Source: Haliotis rubra (lineage: Eukaryota). From it: a DNA stretch of 64,000 nt. Shown one piece after another: positions 52,643-64,000 of the stretch. Below the pieces are notes generated by a model, which worked only from the letters and a program-made list of their open reading frames with translations, was not told where the DNA came from and did no database searches. Location of the stretch: NCBI RefSeq assembly GCF_003918875.1, contig NW_025766002.1, positions 248,001 through 312,000 on the forward strand. The letters are read 5' to 3'. Within the stretch, counting starts at the first letter, position 1, and each line of letters opens with the position of its first letter. Position numbers and translations under genes: made by a program.

Positions 52643-52835
52643 TATTACATATGCTTGTTACCTTATACCTGTTGTTCGAGGCGGCTTCAAAAGGCCTGAT
52701 GGTCGGGCTCGGCGACATCATCGTGCCTGGTCGATATTCGATTGTTTACAGACCGCCGTAATTGTTCTGTGATAATACTGACTGCGTTGTTAGACAATTA
52801 TAAGTCAATAATTATTTGTTTCACAATAGAAAGTT

Positions 52836-55800
52836 GTAGTGGGGTAGTAGTACTGGCAGGAGCGGCTGGGGTGACTTTAGTAGTAGTAGCAGTAACAGTA
52901 GTAGTACTGGTAGGAGCGGTTGGGTGACTTTAGTAGTAGTAGCAGTAACAGTAGTAGTACTGGTAGGAGCGGTTGTGGTGACTTTAGTAGTAGTAGCAGT
53001 AACAGTAGTAGTACTGGTAGGAGCGGTAGGGGTAACTTTAGTACATGTAGTAGTAGCAGTAACAGTAGTAGTACTGGTAGGTGTAGTTTGGGTGACATTA
53101 GTAGTAGTAGCAGTAACAGTAGTAGTTGTAGTAGTAGTAGTAACAGAAGTAGTTGTAGTAGCAGTAACAGTAGTAGTACTGGTAGGAGCGGTTGGGGTAA
53201 CTTTAGTAGTAGTAGCAGTAACAGAAGTAGTACTGGTAGGAGCGGTTGGGGTGACTTTAGTAGTAGTAGTAGCAGTAACAGTAGTAGTAGTTGTAGTAGT
53301 AGTAGTAACAGTAGTAGTACAGTAGTAGCAGAACAGTAGTAGTAATTGGTAGGATGGGACGGTAGGAACTTTAGTAGTAGTGGCAGTAACAGAAGTAGTA
53401 CTGGTAGGAGAGCGGTGGGGTAACTTTAGTACATGTAGTAGTAGCAGTAACAGTAGTAGTACTGGTAGGTGTAGTTTGGGTGACTTTAGTAGTAGTAGCA
53501 GTACTTTAGTAGTAGTAGCAGTAACAGTAGTAGTTGTAGTAGTAGTAGTAACAGTAGTAGTACTAGTAGGAGCGGTTGGGGTAACTTTAGTAGTAGTAGC
53601 AGAAACAGTAGTAGTAGTAGTAGTAGTAGTAACAGTAGTAGTACTGGTAGGAGCGGTTGGGGTGACTTTAGTAGTAGTAGCAGTAACAGTAGAAGTACTG
53701 GTAGTAGCGGTTGGGGTGACTTTAGTAGTAGTAGCAGTAACAGTAGTAGTACTGGTAGGAGCGGTTGGGGTGACTATAGTAGTAGTAGCAGTAACAGTAG
53801 TAGTACTGGTAGGAGCGGTTGGGGTGACTTTAGTAGTAGTAGCAGTAACAGTAGTAGTAATAACTGGTAGTAACGGTTGAGCGGTTGGGGTGACTTTAGT
53901 AGTAGTAGTAGTAACAGTAGTAGTAGTAGTAGTAGCAGTAACAGTAGTAGTACTACTGGTACGAGCGGTTAAATTGACTTTAGTAGTAGTAGCAGTAACA
54001 GTAGTAGTACTGGTAGTAGCTAAGTGGCAACGGTTGGGGTGACACATTAGTAGTAGTAGTAATTAGCAGTAACAGTAGTAGTACTGGTACGAGCAGTTGT
54101 AGTGACTTTAGTAGTAGTAGCAGTAACAGTAGTAGTACTACTGGTAGCAGCAGCTGACTTTAGTAGTGACTTTAGTAGTAGTAGCAGTAACAGTAGTAGT
54201 AGTACTGGTAGGAACAGTTGTGGGGTGACTTTAGTAGTAGTAGCAGTAACAGTAGTAGTACTGGTAGTAGTAGTTGTGAGGGTGACTTTAGTAGTAGTAG
54301 CAGTAACAGTTAAGTGAAGTACTGGTAGGAGCAGTTAACAGTGACTAGTTGTAGTAGTAGCAGTAACAGTAGTAGTACTGTACGTAGGAGGCACGGTTGT
54401 GGTGACTTTAGTAGTAGTAGCAGTAACAGTAGTAGTACTGGTAGGGGAGTAGGAGCGGTTAAGAATCAAAACTTACTAGTAGTAGTAGTAAGTAACAGTA
54501 GTAGTACTGGTAGGAGCAGTTCAAGGGTGAGCTTTAGTAGTAGTAGCAGTAACAGTCAAGTAGTACTGGTTGGGAGCGGTTAGGGTGACTTTAGTAGTAG
54601 TAGCAGTAACAGTAAGTAGTACTGAGTAGTAGGGTAGTTAAGAGTGTAACTTTTAGTAGTATGATAAGCAATGTAAGAGTAGTACTGAGTAGCTTGAGAC
54701 GGTTAAGGGTGACTTTTAGTAGTAGTAGCAGTAACAGTGAAAGTAGTTATGTAGTAGTAAAGTAGTGGCAGAGTAACTATTAGTAGTAACAGGAGACAGT
54801 TGTAAGTAACTTTAGTAGTAGTAGCAGAAACAAGTAGTAGTAGTATTAGTAGTGAAAGTAGTAAGTAACAGTAACAGTAGTGAGTACTAGTAGGGCAGTT
54901 GGGGGTAACTTTAGTAGTAGTAGCAGTAATGGTAGTAGTACTGGTAGTGACGGGTTAGGGTGACTATAGTAGTAGTGCTTATTAACAGTAAGTAGTACTA
55001 GAAGTACTGGTAGTAACAGTTGGGGTGACTTTTAGTATTAAGTAGTAGTAACAATGAAATTAGTAGTAGTAGCAGTAACAAGTGGTAGTACTGAATTTTT
55101 GAGGCAGTTGTGTTGACTTTAGTAGTAGTAGCAGTAACAGTAAGTAGTACTGAGTAGGAGCAGTTAGGGTGACTTTAGTAGTAGTAGCAGTAACAGTAGT
55201 ACTACTGAGTAGGAGCAGTTAGGGGTGACTTTAGTAGTAGTAGCAGTAACATTGAAAGTGTAGTACTGTAGGAACAGTTATAGGGAGTGACATTAGTAGT
55301 AGTAGTAGTAGTAGAAGCAATGTATTAGTAGTACTGGTACAGACAGTTTATGTGTTTTAGTAGTAGTAGCATTAACAGTAGTACTACTGGTGGGAGTTCT
55401 TTGTGTGGTGACTTTACTAGTAGTAGTGCTTATGTAACAGTGAAGTAGTGTTACTGGTAGGAGCCCAGTTGGGGGTGACTATAGTAGTAGTAACAGTAAC
55501 AATTAGTAGTACTGAATTTTGAGGCGGTTTGGGGTGACTTTAGTAGTATTAGCAGTAACATTAGTAGTACTAGTGGGAACAGTAGGGAGTGAGCATTAAC
55601 AGTAGTAGCAGTAACTGTAGTACTACAATTTTGACGGTTAAATTGACAAGTAGTTGTAGCAGTAACAACTTTAGTAGTACTGGTAGGGCAGTTGGAGATT
55701 GACACTGTAGTAGTAGTAGCAGTAACAAGAGTAGTGCCTGGTAGGAGCAGTTTGTGAGAGCTAGTAGTAGTAGCAGTAACAGTAGTACTACTGGTAGAAA

Positions 55801-58298
55801 GGCAGAGTTGGGGTGACTTTAGTAGTAGTAGCAGTAACAGTAGTAGTGCTGAGTGCAGGAACAGTTGGGGTGACGTTAGTAGTAGTAGTAGTAGTAGAAG
55901 CAGTAACAGTAGTAGTACTGTAATTTTTTGAGAGCAGTTGTGGTGACTTTAGTAAGTAGTAGCAGTAACAGTAGGTACTACTGGTAGGAGTTGCTAGTGG
56001 TGACTTTAGTAGACAATGCCAGTAACAGTAGAAAAGTGAGTACTGAGTAGGGAACAGTTGGGGTGACTTTGAGTAGTAGTAGACATTAACAGTAGTAAGT
56101 ACTGGGCACGAGAGGTTGTGAAGTGACTTTAGTAGTAGAGTAGCAGTAACAGTGAAGTAGTACTATGGTAGGAACAGTTGGGGTGAAGCTTCAGTAGTAG
56201 TGCTTGAGAAGTAACAGTAGTGAGTACTGGTACAGAGCAGTTAAGAGGTGACTTAAGTAGTAGTAGCAGTAACAGTAGTAAGTACTGAGTGGTAGGAGCA
56301 GTTACAGGGTGACTGTAGTAGTAAGTAGCAGTAACAAGTGAGTACAAGTAAGGCAGTTTGTAGTGACTTCAGTAGTAAGTAGCAGTAACAGTATGAAATT
56401 ACTACTGGTAGAAGACAGTTGGGGTGACTTTAGTAGTAGTACTTAGTAACAATTGCTGAGTAGTACACAAGTAGGAACAGTTGATTTAATGTGACTTTTA
56501 GTAGTAGTAGTAGTAACAGAAGTACTAGGTAGGAACAAGTTTAAATTGACTTCAGTGTGTGCTGTGTGAAGTACTTATAGTAGTAATGCCAATGGCACAC
56601 TAGTAGCACTGAGGTAGGAACGGTTGGGGTGACTTCAGTAGTAGTAGCAGTAACAGTAGTAGTACTGGTAGGAGCGGTTGTGGTGACTTTAGTAGTAGTA
56701 GCAGTAACAGTAGTAGTACTGGTAGGAGCGGTTGGGGTGACTTTAGTAGTAGTAGCAGTAACAGTAGTAGTACTAATTCGGCAGAGCAGTTTATGTTGAC
56801 TTTAGTAGTAGTAGCAGTAACAGTAAGTAGTACTGGTAGGAACGGTTGGGGTGACTTTAGTAGTAGTAGCAGTAACAGTAGTAGTTATAACTGGTAGGGA
56901 GCGGCGTAGGGGTGACTTAAGTAGTAGTAGCAGTAACAGTAGTAGGAGTACTGAGTTGCAGGAGCGGTTGGGGTGACTAAGCAGTAGTAGTAGTAGCAGT
57001 AACAGTAGTGAAAGCAGCTAGTAGTATACCAGTTGGTGGCAGTTGTGGTGACTTTAGTAGTAGTAGCAGTAAACAGAGGGTAGTACTGGTAGGAACAGTT
57101 TGTGGTGACTTTAGTAGTAGTAGCAGTAACAGAAGTAGTACCGGTAGGAGCGGTTGGGGTGACTTTAGTAGTAGTAGCAGTAACAGCAGTAGTACTGGTA
57201 GGAGCGGTTGTGGTGACTTTAGTAGTAGTAGCAGTAACAGAAGTAGGTAAGTAGGAACGACTTAAGTAGTAGTAGCAGTGGCAGCAACAGTAGTAGTACT
57301 GGTAGGAGCGGTTGGGGTGACTTTAGTAGTAGCAGTAACAGTAGTAGTAGTAGTAGTAGCAGTAACAGTAGTAGTACTGGTAGGAGCGGTTGTGGTGACT
57401 TTAGTAGTAGTAGCAGTAACAGTAGTAGTACTGGTAGGAGCGGTTGGGGTGACTTTAGTAGTAGTAGCAGTAACAGTAGTAGTACTGGTAGGAGCGGTTG
57501 GGGTGACTTTAGTAGTAGTAGCAGTAACAGTAGTAGTACTGGTAGGCGTTGTAGTAGTAGCAGTAACAGTAGCAGTAGTAGTGGTAGTAGAGCGGAGTTC
57601 AGCGGTTGTGGTGACTTCAGTAGTAGTAGCAGTAACAGTAGTAGTACTGGTAGGAGCGGTTGTGGTGACTTTAGTAGTAGTAGCAGTAACAGAAGTAGTA
57701 CTGGTAGGAGCGGTTGTGGTGACTTTAGTAGTAGTAGCAGTAACAGTAGTAGTTGTAGTAGTAGCAGTAACAGTAGTAGTACTGGTAGGAGCGGTTGGGG
57801 TAACTTTAGTAGTAGTAGCAGTAGTAGTAGCAGTAACAGCAGTAGTAGTAGTAGTAGTAGTAGTAGCAGTAACAGTAGTAGTAGTAGTGAGTAGTAGTAG
57901 NNNNNNNNNNNNNNNNNNNNNNNNNNNNNNNNNNNNNNNNNNNNNNNNNNNNNNNNNNNNNNNNNNNNNNNNNNNNNNNNNNNNNNNNNNNNNNNNNNNN
58001 NNNNNNNNNNNNNNNNNNNNNNNNNNNNNNNNNNNNNNNNNGAGTAGTAGCAGCAGTAACAGAGTAGTAGTACTGGTAGGGCGGTTGTGGTGACTTTAGT
58101 AGTAGTAGCAATGGTAACAGTAGTAGTACTGGTAGGAGCGGTTGGTGACTTTAGTAGTAGTAGCAGTAACAGTAGTAGTACTGGTAGGAGCGGTTGGGGT
58201 GACTTTAGTAGTAGTAGCAGCAACAGTAGTAGTACTGGTTGGGGCGGTAGGGGTGACTTTAGTAGTAGTAGCAGCAACAGTAGTAGTTGTAGTAGTGA
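52836..58298 (-). repeat. 54-bp (ACT)n-rich tandem array reading KVTPTAPTSTTTVTATTT on the minus strand; mucin-like, coding status unresolved; includes gap 57901-58041
   Basis: Direct reading; long Thr/Pro/Ser frames at both ends, indel-noisy centre; no convincing start, signal peptide or splice acceptor. Confidence 0.9.
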
Positions 58299-58299
58299 G

Positions 58300-58402
58300 T
58301 GATTCCCGACATAAGCGCCGTGTGCGAAGCCAATTTCTGGTCTTCTCCGCCGTGATAATGCTGATAATGATAATAATTTTGTTTAAGTGGTGTAAAACCA
58401 TA
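58300..58402 (+). mobile_element. SINE family A body and tail lacking most of its tRNA head
   Basis: GATTCCCGACAT...GTGCGAAGCCAATTTCTGGTCTTCTCCGCCGTGATAATGCTG...AAGTGGTGTAAAACCA aligns with 588-678. Confidence 0.75.
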
Positions 58403-59429
58403 AAAAACTATCAGTTTAGTTAACACTGACTGTAGTAGCCAACTCTTGTTCCCTCGGCCTGATAACGAGTTAGGCTGTCCACTACAACCTATCAATAACA
58501 ACAACCAAACACTCACTCGCTCATGTTTTCACCTTTGTCATCTTAACAAGGCCACCTAGGTTAAACCATAAGGTCCGGAAGTGAGCGAGTGTTGTTTTAT
58601 GGCGTAGTTAGTTGGCTACACTATGACAGTGAATACATACACACAATCAGGCTAACCCGTGACTAACGGCCCCATTCCCACTTATCCAACTTAAAAGCGA
58701 TGAACACTTATGTGTCAGTGCGTGTGCAGGTGAATTTGTTACCCCTGCTTTTGGCTGTGACATAACTTCACCCAGCACTACAATCAAGCCAGTCAGAGCA
58801 TCTCATGATCACCGGTGAATATATTTCACAAGATAAACTGATAATCATAACACTTGCTAACAATTACATTGGATCTGGGTGAACTATATTCTTATCATTT
58901 GCTACAACTTGAACTTTAATTGAGTGAACTATGCCAACTACAAGCATTATAAAGTATGGAGATTTTCTTGTTTCTCCATTGAGAAACACTATGGCAAACG
59001 TTCAAGTAAACACTCCCAATTTTCATTCCCAATGTACGCGGCGGTCAGTACTTGGTCTGTAAACATATAGTTCAGTATCAAGACCAGACGAAATACGTGC
59101 ATCCACTGGAAGTGTTGTGAGAAAGACTGTCGATCAACGATCAATACTAAAAATGTGGAACCGAAGGTCCAAGGACAACAAATCATACAGAGGGCTGGCA
59201 TCGTAAAGTGAGTGATGAGTATTCATTTGAACATAAAAATATGGATATTTACCTTTGTGAGTTTGGGTTTGAACAGTTTACCCTATACATAATTTAGTTA
59301 CAATTTTTATTAGTGAGTGAATTTGGTTTAAACCCCAAATGATTCAGACCATAGACGTTAGCCACCATATATATCATCAACGCCACAGAATAAATAGTCC
59401 CGGCTGGGAAAAACAGAGGCCACAATTAC

Positions 59430-59500
59430 ATGAATGGAACACTTAAAGTCAGTGTTGACACCAGGTGTTCACGAAAAGGGTGAGCACGTCATGTTCTACC
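59430..59500 (-). mobile_element. Copy of the Penelope-like RT family 3' terminal motif
   Basis: Reverse complement GCTCACCCTTTTCGTGAACACCTGGTGTCAACACTGAC...TTCCATTCAT. Confidence 0.7.
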
Positions 59501-61459
59501 GCTATTTGGCTATGATACTCACAAACCAGAGATAACAACCAGGAAGAATCTGGAGTCAGAACTAGCAATTTTCGAATCCCGACACAGCCAAGGGTGGCAA
59601 CTCTACGCATCAAATTTCCCCGCTTCAGACGATTCTACACGTGATCCACTTTCGTTGTACAACAAGGTCCTTACTCAGCGACTGATTTCAGTGAATTCAA
59701 TATAAAACTGCGACCATTACCGTCTTATATTTCGAAAGCATGTCCCACTTACTGCAAAAACCATTATTTCAACCAATTATTGTGATAAATGTATGCCAAG
59801 AAACACCAGTATCAAATATCCATATCAATCTTTGATTCGCCGACTGAATGTGAAATAATTCAAGATATTCATGTACAGGGATGCAAATGATTGTTATTTT
59901 GTCAGTAGACGAAGTGTCGGGCGGTTGATCAGGCTGCACAACGGGTCAATACTCAACAGCGTTAATAGTCAGAGCCATCCCTGAATGCGATCCTTCACCA
60001 AGTGTTTCGTGATTGTCACTGCATCGCCCTAATCAAAAACAACAATCGCGTTTTAAAACTGTATTTTAATATACTCTTTCACCTTTCATGGTGGGTGAGT
60101 CATTTTTCAAGATTGAAACCTGAGAACGCTCGTGTTGCGCTAAGCTAGCGACAGATGAAGAGAATTGTGTGTCGTGAATTCAATAACCTTAATCTAGGTA
60201 CTCTCTTCATATTCACCCCGTCCGTGTCTACCATGGAAGTCGAAATAGATTTTGAAATCCCTCGACATTCATCAATTACACGGGTTCATTTGGGATTCAC
60301 AGCCATATGCGGTAAATGCTTTTAAAGGGTTAAATGTCAGCCATCTTCCATATGTAGAGATATGTCAATACATAGCTTCACTTTCAGTGCAGTTTGTGTA
60401 TACATATCCTAGAACCCTATTCGTCTACAGTTTCTGCTTGAAAACGAGGGCGACATACGGGACAGCGCCCTCTGGCGAACACTTAAAACACTCTCGTGTA
60501 GTTGTTTGTCAGTGTCGCCGAAATGACACATCTACTAAGCGGTTATTTGACGGTCGCTCTCCCACATAGATGTTGCCTATTGAATATCAATCTACAATAC
60601 ATTAAACAAACAATCAAGGCGATCTTATAAGCCGTAAGAACCGTCTGGTACTGGGATTTGGCCGCCATTTGCAAAGACGGCAGCCATATTGGTTTTCCTC
60701 GGTATTTTCTTTCGGCGGTGACTTTACCTTGTAAAGGGCGGTGTTAGGGCTGCATTAGGGCGGATAATTCACAAGTTTCACGTTACTTATTTGTCTGAAA
60801 GGCCAGCCTTTTGAATTATTTATGCAAACAGGCAAGGGAGACTGTTTAAGTAGCGTTAAACCCACATCATCAGTACATCGCCTCCCTTATAAGATTAAGT
60901 AAACGCTTTATCCAACGAAGAATGCAGATTAAAAATACAGAGTGTTCAAATGTGATTGGTACAGTTTGTCGTACATGAAAACATATCAGTGATAGCTGTA
61001 TAAGTAAGAGAGTGGTATCACTCACGTACTGATGGTACGGACTGTGTTGTTACCATAATAAACATACGTTGACAATACACACTTTTACTTGTCGACGGTA
61101 AATGTTTATTAAAAAGTGCTCGATTCACGCGATCTATCGTCTAATGGTTGGGTATTCATAAGAGACATGATCTCCAGCGTGATTCAATGGCTGCTCAATT
61201 GAGTTGGCTGTCACCATTGACAGGAATAATATTACCATCTCGCGAATTTCTCGTGTAATGTAATGTGTGTTATCACATTTGCTAAAGGGAAAACATTATT
61301 TTTTATTTATTTATTTTTAAAAAGTGTGTCTTTTCCTTTTCCTTGTTTACACATTTCTTTTTATCGTTTCATTTATCCCAAACAAAATGTCTTTGTGAAG
61401 ACATGTAAAACGGACACACAAATTTCCCGAAAATATAACCAGATCAATCTTCACAATGT

Positions 61460-64000
61460 GAACACATCATATATATCTCTGACATCAACAACACATCATA
61501 TATATGTCGGAAATCAATAACACATCATATATATGTTTGACATTAACAATGCATCACATATATGTCTGACATCAAGTATACATCATAAATATGTCTGACA
61601 TCAAGAATAACATCATATACAGGTCGGACATCAACAATGCATCATATATATGTTTGACATCAACAACATACCGTATATATGTTTGACATCAATAACACCG
61701 TATGTGTGTCGGAAATCAACAGCACATCATTTATATGTCTGACATAAAGTATACATCATATATATGTCTGACATCAACGACACATCACATATATGTCTGA
61801 CATCAACAACACATCACATATATGTCTGACATCAACAGCACATCATATATATGTCTGACATCAACAATACATCATATATATTTCTGACACCAACAACACA
61901 TCACATATATGCCTGACATCAACAACACATCATATATATGTCTCACATCAACAACACATCATATATATGCCTGACATCAACAATACATCATTTATATGCC
62001 TGACATCAACAACACATCATATATATGTCTGACATCAACAACACACCATATATATGTCTGACATCAACAATACACCACATATATGTCGGACATCAACAAT
62101 ACACCACAAATATGTTTTACATCAACAATACACCACATATATGTCGGACATCAACAATACACCATATATATGTATGACATCAACAATACACCATATATAT
62201 GTATGACATCAACAACACATCACATATATGTCTGACACCAACAACACATCATATATATGTCTGACATCAACAATACACCATATATATGTCGGACATAAAC
62301 AACACACCATATATATGTATGACATCAACAATACACCATATGTATGTCTGACATCAACAACACATCATATATATGTCTGACATCAACTATACACCATATA
62401 TATGTCGGACATAAACAACACATCATATATATGCCTGACACCAACAACACATCATATATATGCCTGACATCAACAACACACCATATATATGTCTGACATC
62501 AACAACACACCATATAAATGTCTGACACCAACAACACATCATATATATGTCTGACACCAACAACACATCACATATATGTCTGACACCAACAACACATCAT
62601 ATATATGTCTGACATCAACAACACATCATATATATGTCTGACATCAACAATACACCATATATATGTCTGGCATCAACAATACACCATATATATGTCGGAC
62701 ATAAACAACACATCATATATATGTCGGACATCAACAATACACCATATATATGTCGGACATCAACAACACATCATATATATGTCTGACATCAACAATACAT
62801 CATATATATGTCGGACATAAACAACACATCATATATATGTCTGACATCAACATAAGTGACCATAGAGAAGGTTGACATACATGTCATCATATATATGTCG
62901 GACATCAACAATACATCATATATATGTCGGACATCAACAACACATCATATATATGTCGGACATCAACAACACATCATATATATGTCGGACAACACCGTAT
63001 GTATTGTCGGACAACAGCACATGTCTGACATCAATATACATCATATATATGTCGGACATCAACAGCACATCATATATATCATATATATGTCTGACATCAA
63101 CAACACATCATATATGTCTGACATCAACAATACATCATATATATGTCTGACATCAACAGCACATCATATATATGTCTGACATCAACAACACATCATATAT
63201 ATGTCTGACATCAACACACATCATATATATGTCTGACATCAACAACACATCATATATATGTCTGACATCAACAACACATCATATATATGTCTGACATCAA
63301 CAATACATCATATATATGTCTGACATCAACAACACATCATATATATGTCTGACATCAACAACACATCATATATATGTCGGACATCAACAGCACATCATAT
63401 ATATGTCTGAAATCAACAACACATCATATATATGTCATATATATGTCTGACATCAACAACACATCATATATATGTCGGACATCAACAACACATCATATAT
63501 ATGTCTGACACCAACAACACATCATATATATGTCTGACATCAACAACACATCACATATATGTCTGACACAAACAGCACATCATATATATGTCTGACATCA
63601 ACAACATATCAATATATGTCTGACATCAACAATACATCATATATATGTCGGACATCAACAGCACATCATATATATGTCAGGACATCAACAACACATCATA
63701 TATATGTCGGACATCAACAACACATATATACATCATATATATGTCGGACATCAACAACACATCATATATATATGTCAGACATCAACAGCACATCATATAT
63801 ATGTCTGACATCAACAACACATCAACAACACATATATGTCTGACATCAACAGCACATCATATATATGTCGGACATCAACAGACATCAACATCACATATAT
63901 GTCTGACATCAACAACACATCATATATATGTCTGACATCAACAGCACATCATATATATGTCATGACATCAACAGCACATCATATATATGTCGGACATCAA
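61460..64000. repeat. 29-bp minisatellite (GACATCAACAACACATCATATATATGTCT), over 80 units, runs off window end
   Basis: Period 29 (61741, 61770, 61799). Confidence 0.98.

Noticed and set aside
58096-58401. MVLHHLNKIIIIISII as a mucin signal peptide
   Set aside because: This N-terminus is the antisense of a SINE remnant
52920-58423. Plus-strand poly-Val/poly-Ser and minus-strand poly-Leu ORFs
   Set aside because: Alternative frames of the (ACT)n-rich array

Overview
Eukaryotic, repeat-rich animal genomic DNA. A mollusc (gastropod/abalone-like) origin is inferred from the repeat families and was not checked. There are four N-gaps. Only one protein-coding gene is well supported: a two-exon minus-strand Dmrt gene of the DMRTA2/Dmrt4-5 (Dmrt99B) class (exon 1 32742-32268, exon 2 25193-24457, 403 aa, DM + DMA domains), sitting in a ~15 kb repeat-poor island. 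The flanks hold SINE-like families with target-site duplications, decayed mariner, Penelope-like RT, Tx1/L1-like and possibly Harbinger remnants, and several minisatellite arrays. Best leads: (1) two TSD-flanked fold-back Penelope-type elements carrying minimal hammerhead ribozymes with a U3-A8 core swap and fully covarying stem II; (2) a 300-bp tRNA-headed unit seen in two circular permutations, with its only Pol III terminator just before the head; (3) a 46-bp minisatellite amplified from the catalytic DNARPH motif of a mariner transposase; (4) a non-tRNA SINE starting with an H-type pseudoknot and sharing its tail with a tRNA-SINE; (5) a 5.5-kb mucin-like array abutting a headless SINE.
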